Source: Octopus bimaculoides
Taxonomy: Eukaryota
NCBI RefSeq assembly: GCF_001194135.2
Contig: NC_068998.1
Location: forward strand, 16,841,579 to 16,903,274
DNA: 61,696 bases
Direction of reading: 5' to 3'
The position numbers were made by a program, and so were the translations under genes. Positions 27,316 through 42,498 of the stretch are shown one piece after another; within the stretch, counting starts at the first letter, position 1; every line of letters starts with the position of its first letter. Below the pieces are notes generated by a model. It made no database searches, was not told the origin of the DNA, and was given only the letters and a program-made list of their open reading frames with translations.

Positions 27316-30300
27316 TCCCCTCTAAACTGAAAACTAAATATCTCCTCTTTCTTTCTCTCTTTCTCTAGGCTACAGTCACCAAAAGTGTAAGTTTATTTCG
27401 ATTTCCTCTAATAAACTTTTATTTAAGTTTGACTGAGCTCTTAGTATACAAACAGTACTAAAATGAAGGAATAAGTAAGGTGTTAAACTTTGAGCCCCTG
27501 TGTCTTGAACACTTTCTTTTTTATGGGCTTTATTTAGTACCCCTTCAGTAGGGAATAACATACCAGCTGTTCTGAGAAGTAGACACTCATGGTGGTTTTA
27601 TTGCAATACCTCTATAATCATTAGAATCTAAACAGGCATAATGTTTAAATAATTACATACATTACTTTATGGTTTACTAATTCTTTGTGAATGAATTAAT
27701 TAAAAATGCACCATTTATTGCTGAAGTAACAAGAATGAGCCAAAAACTGAAATAGGAGCATCAGCTACTATAACAGTTGACAGCAAGAAAGGAATCTTGA
27801 GTTCATTTATATCAGCAGTCATTATGAAAATTATATCAATGAAGGAGCCTCTATGGCTTTGCTTGTCTGGTTAGAAATAGCAACCAAATTTCTTTCATAT
27901 CATACTTCATAATCTTATAAATGGTTAATGTGATCCTGACTTCCCAGCACATAGGTAAAACAGGGGATGATCATAGCATAGATCTACTTATCGAGGTTCA
28001 TTTGAAGGCTAGACAATACTAACAGGAACCGGGCTACATAATTTTCCATGTTATAGAAGTATTGTATTGCTTAATATTTGATTATAACTTAGTATTCCAT
28101 TGTGTAGAACCCAATTTTCTTATTGGATTTCATGTTATGTCATTGAGAGAATAGGTTTTGTGCCATGTAATGGCAAAATTCTCAAGAACACAACACTTCT
28201 GTCATGCAAAAAATGCTTCTAATTATCTAACTTAAAATTGAAAAGACAGCAAGTTGGCAGAATCATTAGCATGTGGGACAAAATGCTTAACATCATTCCT
28301 TCTGGCTTTACATTCTCAGTTCAGATTCTGCCAGAGTTAACTTTGAAGTCAATAAAATAAATACCAGTTGAGCATTGGGGCTGATGTAATTGACTGGCCC
28401 ACTCCCCCAAAATTTCAGATATTGTGCCTACAGTTGAAAGAATTATTTAATTTACCTTTGTGTAGAATCACTAGTCTTGATTATTCCATTTGATGCATGG
28501 TTACTGATTCACGTAACTTTTTCTTACTCTCTCTGTTAGTATATTTCTCCTACCAGGTTTATCTCAAATTCATTTTTGTAAATTCTGTTACTTTTTTCTT
28601 CTTTTTTTTTTAAATCAAACAGCGTTCTCGACATAGTTCTGGAGCATCAATAGCCAGTTTGCTCTCCAAACGGCATGAAACCAGTCAAGAGGGCAAGAAG
28701 AAAGACCGCTTCTCTCAAGATAGCATGGAGTCTCCTCAACAAAAGAACTCTTCCATTGAATCTACTCAAGAGGAAGAAGACTGGCACAAAGAGATTCGCA
28801 AGAAGTTTCTTTCTCAATATATGCAACATCTTCAGTCCCTGGGGTTCTTTCCCATCCAAACTCGGCCTGCTTCTCCAAAACGAAAGTAATTTCTTTCTTT
28901 CTTTTTTCTCCTTCCCTCCCTTCATTCCTTTGTCCCTCCCTCTCTCATTCCTTTCTTTGCTTGTTTTCATTTTCTTTTTCTCCTTTCTCTCTCCTTCCCT
29001 TCATCTCTTTTTTTTCTTTCATTCATTCATTCATTCTTTTTCTTTTCCTTGTTTGTTTATTTCAAATCTGTGAATGAAAAAACTATAAGTTGAAGATGCT
29101 GAACAGTTACAATACTGGAACCCTGTTCTTTGGTTTCCTTTTTTGTTTTTCTGTATTCATTTGGCATATTGATCAGGGAAAGAGAGAAGACAATCCTCAC
29201 AACCTTTATAAGATCGCTGAGGTTGATGTTCTACTTGAATATTTGTAGATAAAGCAGAATCGTGGAATCCCTCAATATAGTATAAGGTGTCAAGCCGGCA
29301 GAATTGTTAGAACACTATTGCACTATTCATTCCAGCACTTTGCACTCTGAGTTCAAATATCAGCAAAGTCACTTTTGTGTTTCACCCTTCCAGAATCAAC
29401 AAATAAATTCCTAGTCCAGAGAATTGGATTGGAGGAATAATTAGAGTGTTAGATGAAATATCTTGAGTATTGTTTCTACCTCTTTGCATCTTATGTTCCA
29501 CCTAGACACCCATCTGTTTTCTTCTTGTGTCCTCCACTCCCTATAGAGCATAGACCATTGACAGCTTTGTTCTTTATTCTAGGTTGTTTTTCCCTTCCCA
29601 AGGCCTTCCTTTCCCAAGGCCTTCCTTTCCCAAGTCTTGTTGGTTTTTTTGAATTGTCATCAATGCTTTTGTAACTTGGCAATTTTTCTAGATAGGGGTG
29701 TTGGTCCTATGCAAACCCATTATTATGTCTGGGAAGAAGTGGTCCATATTACTCTGGCCTCTGTCCTTAGACCTGTCCAGTATGAGATGCCCTACAAGGA
29801 GTTTGTGCCCTGCTGGCATAGCTCTCAGGATCAATGAGACATACAAGCCACCACATTGCAACAAGTACTGGACGAACCTTGTGATGGACCTAGGCACCAG
29901 TGACCAGGGTTAATCAGCTGGCCATTGGAGCACGTTATCCAAATTGCATTTAGTCAATGTGGGTAGGTGGATCTACAATGAACAAAGATGAGCCAACAAT
30001 ACCTACCAGGGGAAGGAGGATCTAGCCATGAATCAGATGGAAATGGATGAGGAGGGGGTCCCCAGAGAGTGAAAGTCCTGGGGTGGAAAGAACAACAAAG
30101 TCTGAGATTTGAGACATCCAGTAAGAGTGATGAAAAGAGGAAAGATGGATAGTTTAGGTAGGAGCGTGTGAAGAGGGAGCATGGAACTAAGAAGTTTGTT
30201 TATTTGAAAGAGCAGAGGCTATTGTAATAGTGATCCTTAAATGTAATTTGATAGATAGAAACTGTACTACTGAAACCCTTCAAATGTGTGTGTTTGTTTG

Positions 30301-30520
30301 TTTGTGCACGTGATTGTATATCTTTTATCTTATTTGTCATTTGACTGCAGCCATGCTGGGACACCACCTCAAAGAGTGTTAGTTGAATAAATTGACCTCA
30401 GTGCTTACTTTTTTAAGCCTAGTACTTATTCTATCAGTCTTTTATGCCAAACCACCAAAATACAGGAAAGTAAACTCACCAACACCAGTTGTCATGTGGT
30501 GGTGGAGGTCAGACACAAAC

Positions 30521-30581
<61 letters not shown>

Positions 30582-33500
30582 CGCATGCGATAAGATTCTT
30601 TCAGTCAAGGAATAAAATACCCTACTTGAAAAACATGGAATATCTCATCCAATCAAATCTCATCCAATCAAATCTCATCCAATCCATCCCAGCATCTAAA
30701 ATGCAAACATTGAAATGGTGGTGGTGGTAGTGTTGTTGGCAACAGAAGCAGCGGCAGTCTTATATCTTATAGTATTTAGTAACATTTCAGATCTAGTCAT
30801 TTTCATTCACTGTTGCAGAGGTGATGAATTCAGTAGCTGTCAAGTATTGGTAGGTATCAGCAGATAAACAACAGACAAAATTCTTTGTTGGTATTCAGCT
30901 ATATTCCCTTATGTTCTGAGTTCAAATTCCATCAAAGTCATTTACTCCCCAAGGTTCAATGAAATAAGCAACATTGAAGCAATGGGTTTGATTCCATCGA
31001 TTCCAGACTTTATACGTGTTTTAAAAACCCATTATTGATTTTATTTTGCAGCAATAATCGTCAGCCCTTAAAGAAACTGCCATCAGACCAGTCACGAAAC
31101 TCCCGAGAGGATGCAGAAAAACAAAAGAAAGAAGTATATGACATGCAAAAGACACTGCCGGGTGGTATGATTCTAATGGAACTCAGTTTCAGTGACCAAC
31201 ATTACTATGTTAAACTGTATGGTTATGACTGCTCTCGAATGGGAACTAACGTCAATTCTCAGGTACAATAACATTATTACCCTCAGGTTACGTTACTACT
31301 TTGACAATGTTGTTATTGGCTTCTAAGACTGTTTAAAGTCACCATCATTGTTTAATGTCAGTTTTCCCTCTTAACATGGGTTGGATAGTTTGACAGGAGC
31401 TGACAAGTGAGAAGATTGCACCAGTCATTTCACTGAGTGTACTGGGTGCTTTTTACATGGCATTGGCACCAGTGAAGTCATCAAGCAATTTGCAAGACAA
31501 GACCTCTCGAGTGAGGTAGGGTGTAGAATTGAAGGATGTGGCTTCGTGCCAAGTGATGAGAGGTTAAAGAATGATAGAGGGACAGAAACAGGTGTCGTCC
31601 AGTAGAGGAGATACATGGCTACCCCAACTGGAAAAGGAGAGAAGACAGTGAAGAAGTATGAAGGCATACCCTCAAGTTACAGAAAGGTGAACATTAGAGA
31701 AATGGTCCAGAGGAGTGGATAGGGTGAATGGGTTAGGTCAGTTTATGAAAATGCGAAAGTAAAGTGGTAGATGGTGAATATATATATTTCCAAGTAGCCC
31801 CAAAATGAAAATAAATTATTTTTGTTAAAATACTAACAACCCATTCCACATTGCAGAAACATTGCATTTCTGAAAAATCTTACCATAATTTGAGATTCTG
31901 TTGCATGAAGTATATTTTCCATTTAGCTCCATGTAACATGGCAGTCAATGGAAAATACATGTTGTGTTACAGAATTCCACATTATTGGTAGGATCATCAG
32001 AGAAATGTCCTGTGGTATTTCTTCCAGCTCTGCCTTCTGATTTCAAAACTTTATGGGATCAGCTTGTCTTTCACCCTGTAGCCAGAGTATGAAAATAAAC
32101 AAATTTTTTGGTGTTAAAATACTAACAACCCTTTCTACATTACAGAAACATTGTGTTTCTGAAAAATCTTGCCATAATTTGAGATTCTGTAACATGATGA
32201 GATCAGCTTTGTCTTACTTCCTGATGGGGGTCGATAAAATAATTTACCAGTTTCACCCCGGCTAACATCTTCCTTTTAAAATTACTGGTCTTTTACCTAA
32301 ATCTAATACAATTATTATTGTTATTGTTGCTGCTGCTGCTGGTTGTAACTTGTTGTTGTTAAGACAGAGAACTGGTAGAACCATTAGCACGCCAGGCAAG
32401 ATGCTTAGCAGCATTTCTTCTGAGACTTTGCCTTTCATCCTTTCTGGGTTGATAAAATAAGTATCGAGGGAGTCCTGAGAATGATGTAATTAACTTCCCC
32501 TCCCCCTGAAGATCAGCTGACCCTGCACCAAAATCTGAAACAATTATTAATATTATCATTATCATTATTTATTTGTTTGTACGTTTTTTTACAGTTGCGT
32601 CTCTACTTTGTGGATGAATGCGACACTTACCGAGCCTTAACCCATGTGCATTCCTTTGCACATGACTTCCATCTGCAGTGCATCATGTCTCATATAGCTG
32701 GAGTGCAAGATATTTTCCTTAAAGATTATCATCTTACTAACTTCCTATTGGATTTTCTTGAAGTCTATCCAACACCTCCCAACTTCTCAAGAAATTATGT
32801 TCACAGAGGTTTGTTTAACATCTACAATTTTGGATTTACAAATATCTCTTTCACTCTTACCTCTTTCTTTCTTACTCAAACTTCCGTGCTCTTTTCTGCT
32901 TTTATCATAAATAGTGCATTAAACAAATATGTATACACAAACACATACACACACACACACACATACATACAGGGTGGGCCAAAAGTCATGAACCAAAACA
33001 TTCGACATTTTATTTATATTACGTTATTATTATTTTGTTCATCAAGTATGTATGTATTGGGTCATCCCATAAAAAATGCGTTTTTTTATACTACTTTTAT
33101 TTTTCAAAATTAAGGCAAAGTTCTTTTTTAATCTGAAATATACTCTCCTTCATTTTCTACAATGCTTTTCTATCTATCTGATAGACTTGCAAGGCCTCCC
33201 TTCCAAAATTACACTTATACTGATGTCAGACTCATAGCTGCAATACCCTCTGTGTTGTATTAATGTAACCAAGAATACTTATATAAATGATACAATAATA
33301 CTTATTGCATCATTCTGTTTTTGCTTTTCAATTTGTTTCTGACACTTTTTCTTTTTCCTGTCTCTACAGCCCGTATCCAACTGACAAATTTGACTTGTCC
33401 AAGTGGCCAACTGTATGACTATATCCTCAAACATCCAAACCTGCATGATTTCACAGTCATTCAACAGCAGGCAGCTGCTCACACTGATTCAGAACTAGAT

Positions 33501-34051
33501 CTAGTAAGAAATTCAATATTTCCATCTTTGTTTCTTATTCTCTTGATACATTTCATCACACATCTATTGTTCTATTCAAATATAACCTTGTCTTTTATTT
33601 AACTAATTGATCGTGTGTGTGTGTGTGTGTGTTAAATCACTAAGGTTCAAGTCTGGTCATGAAAGCCACAGCCTTGTGGACAGCTCATCAGACCATACAA
33701 AGACAAGTTTAACTCTTCACCTCTATATACATACGCTTCTGAGTGAAGTGTTGGTCGGAGTACAGAGTTGTAATAAAGACAGAGATGACAAAGGAATAAA
33801 ATGATTATCTTAATGAGCTTTATTAGCATGCTGCTGTTTCTACTATAATATGAGTAATCCTGCAATAGCCAGTGTCCCTTCCAAGTGGGGAATATATATG
33901 CCATGGAAACTGGGAAACCAGCCCTTATGAGTCAGCTTGACTCGAGAAGCAAACTTTACCTTAATTTTTTTACTGAACTATGAGTAGTGGAAATAGCAGT
34001 CAACTAATAAAGTTCATAAGATAACTAATTTTCTTCCTTTGTCATCAATGT

Positions 34052-34114
<63 letters not shown>

Positions 34115-34355
34115 NNNNNNNNNNNNNNNNNNNNNNNNNNNNNNNNNNNNNNNNNNNNNNNNNNNNNNNNNNNNNNNNNNNNNNNNNNNNNNNNNNNNNN
34201 NNNNNNNNNNNNNNNNNNNNNNNNNNNNNNNNNNNNNNNNNNNNNNNNNNNNNNNNNNNNNNNNNNNNNNNNNNNNNNNNNNNNNNNNNNNNNNNNNNNN
34301 NNNNNNNNNNNNNNNNNNNNNNNNNNNNNNNNNNNNNNNNNNNNNNNNNNNNNNN

Positions 34356-34395
<40 letters not shown>

Positions 34396-35466
34396 TACAC
34401 ACAGTATGATGTGTCCTTTTGTTTAGAAAAGTTGGGTAAAGTTTAAGGGAAATTTTCAATGCTATTTTATCAGATCTAGCAACCTTATAAGAGGTTTTCT
34501 CATAGACTTGGATGGTGATGTTGATAATTGTATGATGCTTTGACAAACTAAAATATAATTCAAACTTTTTCTTTTCAATTGTGAAAGAATTGTTTTCTGA
34601 ATTTCATATTTTATAACTGAAATCAAACCTGAAGCATTTGTAGGAGTGTAAACTACATATTAACTTGATAATTCACAGTACAAATACCTTGAAGTGATAT
34701 TCCATAAACAAAATATGACTGAAATCTTTCCCTTTCATTTTTTTTTTCTTTTTTGAATATATCTTCCTCAATCTAAATTATCAAAGGTTTTATTATTTTC
34801 TTGTGCAGTAGTTTGCACTGTCTACCAAAACCTGTTATCATTTGTCAGTGTTGGTCTGTTCATGTACGAGAATTAGATAAACTTCATGTAAGCGTCTCTC
34901 TTAGCTTATACTATTATCAGTACCGGCCTCTATATTAACATCATTCTTCATTTGCACCATCCATAGTGTTGTTTCTTGGAAATTGAATTCATCTGAATTA
35001 AGCTTGTTGCAAATTTTTAAGCAACACAACACACCTAAGAAATGATTTTTTTTTTCTTTTTCTGCCTCATTTGTTTAAATGTCACTGTTTTACAAAGACA
35101 GTTTGGGTTCCCTGGTCACTTGTGTCTTCTCTTTGCTTTTCATTTGTCTTGTATAACAAATGTGTCTTCTAAGGAACCTTTGTAAGTTCCTTTTTAGTGC
35201 CTCACACACATATACATTTGGTGACAATGTTTTTTTTTTTTATAATCTGTGTTCAGGGTCCAGTTCCTGACACTGGTTCAAGTGGATTGGCCTTAGTTCA
35301 GTGCCAGTGTAAACTATATTATACTATATTGCATTGTATTGACTTAGTTTTGTTGATGTTTTGTTTGTTTCAGCTACGGTTTGATTACTGGAATTGGAAA
35401 AAGGTAAGAGTCCCTCCCCCACTCCCTGAGACACACACACACACACACACACAAGCACACGCACAA

Positions 35467-35497
<31 letters not shown>

Positions 35498-37554
35498 AAC
35501 ACACACACACACACACACACGCAGTATCATTTTCTGACATACACAGACACATATACACACAATGTCATAATATACCAACCATTTCTATATAACAATACAC
35601 ATGTTATATATGTATCTCAGCTTATTGACCCTCTTGTATTGGTTAAGACTAAGCCTTTCACTCTTTATGGGGCATAGGCCTTTCTCCACTGTTCTCAACT
35701 CTGGGCTGTTTATTCCGTCTTTGCAGTTGTATCCCTACTTTTTCAGCTCTACCTCAATCCTGCCTCCAGCTATTTTTAGGGTATCCTCTCTTCCACCTCC
35801 CTTTTGGCCTGACATGTAATGCAGGATCTTGGTTTCTGTACCATGTCATGTGTTTCTCTGACAGAAGGCCTATTCCATCTTCTCCTGGGTCTTGTTAATT
35901 TTGCATTGTTATCAATGCTTCCGTAACTTTAACGTTTTTTTTTGTTGCTCTATGCAAACCCAATTTTACTTCTGGAAAGAAGCGGTCTGTATTATTTTGA
36001 TCTCTCTCGTTTGACCTGTCCAGCATGGGTGGCCCTACCAGGAGCTTGTGTTCTGTTGACATAGCTCTCAGGGTCATTAAGGCATGCAAACCACCACACT
36101 CCAACAAGGACTGGACCTTGTGGTGGATGACACACTCACACAAACTGTTATTGTGTCACATATTGTACTGTGACATATACTGTATTATGACACGATGATG
36201 TTTTCCCCACTTCTTTTCAATAACTCCTAACACTATCCCTTCTCTGTCCCTTGTTCCCTGCCATACTACCTACTGCTGCCAATTAGTGCTGGTCCCACCT
36301 AAAAAGCACCTGTGCTGGTTCCACATAATAAGCACCCATGCTGATGCCACATCGGAAGCACCCATGCTGGTGCCACATAAGAAACACCCATGCTGGTGCC
36401 ACATACGAAGCACCCATGCTGGTGCCACATAAGAAGCACCCATGCTGGTGTCACAAAAAGTATCCTTGCTTGTGCCACATAAGCACCCATGCTGGTTCCA
36501 TGTAAAAAAGCACTTGTGATGGTGCCACATAACAGGCACCTGTAAAGTGGTTGGCGTTAAGAAGGGCATCCAGCCATAAACACTATACCAAAGCAGACTA
36601 TGGAACTTGGCAACTTTCCGGCTTGCCAGGTCCTGTCAAACCATCCAACCCATGCCAGCATGGAAAATGGACGTTAAATGATCTATTACTCTATTACTCT
36701 CCCCATCATCACCCAATTGCAACTATAACTCTTCTTTTCATTTTACTTACTCTCTCTCTCTCTCATCACTCCCAACCTAAAAATTATCATGCACTGCTTC
36801 ACTTATAAAGGCCTCTTTAGGCCCCTGTAAGTGACTCAGCAAGATGCAGCTAAATCATCCAACTATGCCAGCATGGAAGCCGATATTAGATGGTGACAAT
36901 GCTGCTGCTTCTACTGACTATGGCTTGAGCTACGTTATGATATATTGTGACACATTGATTCTTGCTTTACATTGGCTCATACTTATCATGACACATTGGC
37001 TCCTGTTATATTTTGATATGTTACCAATCACTATATTGTGACAAACAGATATGTGCTATATCGTTACTAAATTGTGACATGGGCATTATTTTGATAAATA
37101 TGACACACTATACTGTTACACAGTGTTAGCTACTTGGGCAGTAAACATAATGCATTGCCCAGTTTAACATCGCTGTCAGGTCCTTGGGTGGCTTTAGCAG
37201 AGTCCACTCTGTTACAAACATTCACACTAGTTCTCTGGTCTAAGGATACCTTCCTCCCTTCCCGTCACAAGCCTTGGAGGCCTTGGAGAAAAATAAAAGA
37301 GTTATGAATGCAGCCCTTCTCTTAAGTTTTAAAAAAAGCAATATCATGATACAGCACACATACATGTTATATTGTGACACACAAACACTTGATAGACAGA
37401 ACCAGTGGACCAATCCCAGGGTCACTGTATTGTCAAAGGTAAATATGACATGAGTTATTTGTGCATATTAGTACACAAATTCCAGAAGCTTCTTACCTAT
37501 ATTAATAGCTGAATGCAAAAAGCTTCTATCCAAGGAACGGGTTTTAGCATCACA

Positions 37555-37596
<42 letters not shown>

Positions 37597-38258
37597 AATA
37601 TGAGGGTAATAAAATGATTAATTACCAGTGGTTAGCATGCATAAATAAAAGTTTTATTACTCTCATATCTACGATAGTAATATTTATAATTCTGAGGCTA
37701 TATGGGACACAGTTTTAAATTTGTTTATTTACTGCTGAACTATATGTTTACGCTCGTGAACTAAGTTCAAATCCATAATGGATAAAGATGTAGCTGTCTT
37801 GCATGCACGTTTTCAGTACGTATTTGCAACGACATAATTATTCATAAATTAGTGATCACGCTGATGATCTAGATTCCAAATTAGTATGTTTGGCAATTAA
37901 TAGTGAAACTCGAGTTCGGGTTAACTAATTCATTTTTCATTCAGTCTAGTGTTATAACAGCATGCCTCATGAATTTTTTTTTTCGTAGTTTGGGGTTTGA
38001 CTGCCCTTTCTAGCATGTAAGGAGTCCTGTCAAAAGTCTCCTCTCTGTGTATAAAAATATTTTATACACTCTTATATATATATATATAGGTATATATCAG
38101 GACACTTTATTTCACATTGCTCCAGTCCACTCAGCTGGTAAAAATAAGTTGTACCTGTATTTCATTGGGCCAGCCTTGTTACATTGGGTGTGTCATACTG
38201 AATCTCCTTGAGAACTGCATTAAGGGTACATGTGTATGTGGAGTGTTCAACCACACAT

Positions 38259-38292
<34 letters not shown>

Positions 38293-38574
38293 GGATATGT
38301 TTAAATGGCTAGTTTGCTTACCAATCATTTGATTTCGGGTTCAGTCCCATTGCATGGCATTTTGGGCAAGTGTCTCATATATATCATATACAAACTGCTG
38401 TCTAGATGTTTTCAGATGTTTTTTTCAAGAGAGATATTTATTAATTTCGAAGAAGTACAAAACTCAAATCTCCTTCAACCCATACATGCACACCAATATT
38501 ACAGCGACATTCACACACTTATTTCCACTACACTAGTTCTCACATTCAAACATACACACAGTATCAAAACTATA

Positions 38575-38628
<54 letters not shown>

Positions 38629-39451
38629 CTTCTTCTATAGAGGTAACTCAACCCTATCAGATTATTTTATAAAAGCTTAATTCCTAAGTTCACAGCTTTA
38701 TTTCAGTTTTCTTTGCTGTCTGTCTACAGTTTACTTTCCATTACAGCTCTATTCTTTTTACTATTGGCCTTCATAGAACCACTTTTACGTTATTCACTAT
38801 TGGTCTTCATACTATATTACTCTACATTATTATTCTTCATAGATCACATATACAGTATTAATTTATATTATTAGTTTCCATATATCTTGTTTACTGTATG
38901 CTCTATACTACTGTTCTTTATAGAGCACTTTTACAATATATCCTGTACTGTCAATGTTAATAGGTTTCTTTTACTATATACTCCACCTATACTATATATT
39001 CTATAGTATTAGTCCTCATAGACTACTTATCCATCATGCTATTGTCTTCATAGATCGTGTATTCTATATATTCTTTATTATTGCAGTTCATCAGCTATAT
39101 ATTTCATGCTATTTTACCATATTATTAGAATTCTGGTGGCATTAAAGACTGAATCTTAAGATTTGTTTTGTCACATTCTTGACATATTCGAATCTCCTCA
39201 GGCTTTCTTTAATACTAGAATGTTTCATAGAATGAAAAAAAAGACAATTAATTAATAAGAAGAAATATATAAGAAAGAAAGCTTTGAGATTTGAGATGCA
39301 TGAATTGTCTAAACTAACTGATGTCTTAGCTGTAAAAAATCTATGGAAAAAATTATTTTATTTCAATAAACACAATTAAATATGCTTTTTTTGATGGGGG
39401 TGTAAGTGAGATTTTTTTTCATACATAGCTGCTTGTATATTCATGTATAGC

Positions 39452-39491
<40 letters not shown>

Positions 39492-42072
39492 TACTCAAGC
39501 AGAGCTGCTGTGGTTTAAAATGTGATTTTTAATGTTGGCATGTTACTAGAAATTTGTAAAAGGTTAAGTAAAATTGAGTGAACCAACTCTAGCATATTGC
39601 TTATGTTTAATTACTTTCTTAATCCTAATGGGACATAAAAAAATTTTTAAATATTGATTCCAGCCGATTTTGAACTCGGGACATAAAGATCTTGTTTCTG
39701 TTACACTAAGTAGAGAAGAAACCTGTAGTGGCTCATTAAAATTGATGAGGGTGATAAATATAATATAAATCTACATGAAAATATCTCTGCTGTGATTGGT
39801 TTTCTATCATCAATTTGGATGTTGAAAGTAATCTAACTGTGAGAAAAAAAAGACATGTTACATATTAATGATTATATTTTTGTAAAAAGAAAATAAAACA
39901 AAAGCAAAATTTAGAAAATTTGAAACAATATATATATCATATTTTACACTTAACATTTTTCTGTCGTGTTATTCAATGTCTGTTTCAATTAAGTCGAAAG
40001 TAATCAAGAATCAGCAATATAAAAATGGTGTTTTGGAACACAGCTCAACAAATGTTCCTTATACAAGACAATAACAGGAGGTTTTACTTTTGGTTAGGAA
40101 TATTTTAAAATGCGAGTATTAATATCATAGAACCAGAGGTGGTTTCAGGTGGTTGGTATGAAAGAGAGTTGAACATATTCTCTTCTTATCAAATTTGTTT
40201 ATGTCTGGATGTTTTACTATTACTATTAATAGCTTAGTATACTTGAGTGAATGGACACAAATATTTTCTGCAAATGTACATGTGATCTATCTATGCATGT
40301 TTTATTCTATGTGATAAGGAGTGCATGATTGAGTTTCTAAATGTTTAGCTATGCATGTAAGCACCTCACTCTGCATTAGGATTCTATATTATTATTATTT
40401 GGCAAAATATATTATTTTTATTTTGCATTTTATTATTATTTTTTTCTGTTATTTTCTTTATTCTAAAGGCCTTAGAATTAGCTCTCTTTTTCTGTTTGTT
40501 AGATCACTTCACTTCAGTAGTTCCTAATTTCAAAGACAAGGCTAGCTAAATCCAAATTATATTATACCATGTCATGGATTTCCCTTGCTAAGATATGTTC
40601 ATTTCAGATGATTTGACACTCTTCTCCAAACCTGAACTTCAATAATTTTTATAATAAAGTGATTCGGTAATCACTAAGAAGGTCATGGCAACAGATATAT
40701 TTTAAGAATCTTATTTTACCAAACATCATTCTGTTAAGGAATTGGATACAGACATCAGTTGATTATTATCTTTTATGACATAAGTTTTTGGCTAATGATG
40801 ATGGTGATGATGTGAAATGTACTGATAGTTCTGGGTGTTTATGTGAGTAGTTGAGGTTAAAGTATGGAAGATGAAAGCATTGGCGAGGCTGTTGCATAAA
40901 ACATTGATGAATAACGGAAGCAAGTTGATTAAGATATGCACAAATCCTGATTAGTTTTTTAGTTATGCAGGAGACACAGGTACCAACATCCTGAATAAAG
41001 GTCTTCTTCAAATTTTACTGAATAATTTTCACCAATGCTGACCGCTGCTAGACTACTTGGACTGTGTTTTTTTATTATTTGCTGATTAAAATGTGATAGA
41101 TACTGAATTAAAAATGTTAGGTTGCCAAATTAGGATGCCGTTAAGTAAATAGAAAGTTAAACAGAAAGCCATCCTAATGGCTGAGTTACTGTAAAATGAT
41201 GTCAATTCAGGTGAACATTAACCTTTAGCATTTAAATCAACTGTATCTGGCCTAAATATTTTAGCTGTTTTATGTTTTTATGTTCAAACCATCCAGACCT
41301 GGCTTCTTACACCTGTCGTACAATGTCATTCTAAAAATCAGCAATCACGTCATTGAATTCGCAAACCCATGAGATAATGCATGTTTAATTCAAAACAATA
41401 TGAATAAATAAGCATTACATTTCATAGGGTAATCTGAATGCTATAGGATTAAATGACAACATTAGGATGTTCATAGAATCTAATCCTGTTTCTGTGAGGT
41501 TTTGTCAAACTTGTATAAATAAGATAATTCAACTGATAATTCAAAACTACCAGAAGATCAGAGAATACACTTATTCTAAGTGTCACAGCCAAGGCCATCT
41601 TTAATATAACTTTCATTTTCTCACTTTTCTAATTATCAAAAATAATCTTTACTAATTTTTTTAACAGTAAAATAACTGTCTTTTTGAGTAATAAATAATC
41701 CATCTAGTGCTACTTTCTTGATCCATTTTCTGCATTATAGTCTATAATAATTCCACACTAATTCTTGTCTTTATTCCATTTAATATTCTTGTTTTTTTAC
41801 TTTCTTCCAATCCTGTGTTTATTCATTAAACAATGCTTCTGTATCTCTCAGTTACTTGGCCATAATTCATGTCATACCACAATATATTACTACAATAATT
41901 ATTGCTTCCTAGCTTACCTTGGTCTGCTGTTTTCCCATTTCTTTAGTTTCTTTTTATTCTTTTTCTCTTTATGCTTTAATGCAATCATCTTAATACTATT
42001 TTACTTAGCAGTCTTTATTCTTATAAACACTATTATATTAGCTATTTGTTAATTACCATGACATTTGTTATG

Positions 42073-42158
<86 letters not shown>

Positions 42159-42455
42159 TGTTTGTTTTATAATTAAGAACATGGACATATATCTATGAGT
42201 TTCGGGTGTAATCATGATGTTCCAGTGATCTGATGAGCTAGCATTCTTTATTTGCATTCATTTAAATATACAATTGTATAATGCAAGCATACTTATTAAT
42301 GTAAACATGTGTGCATAACTTCTTTCATACAAAAATTAATACTATGTGAATGAGGTTGTGAAACAGCTGTAACCCTATGGAAATCATGTGGTTTAAATAA
42401 ATATATATTCACCTTGCATACCTCCTGGCTTTATGATTTTGTGTATCTGTATATA

Positions 42456-42498
<43 letters not shown>

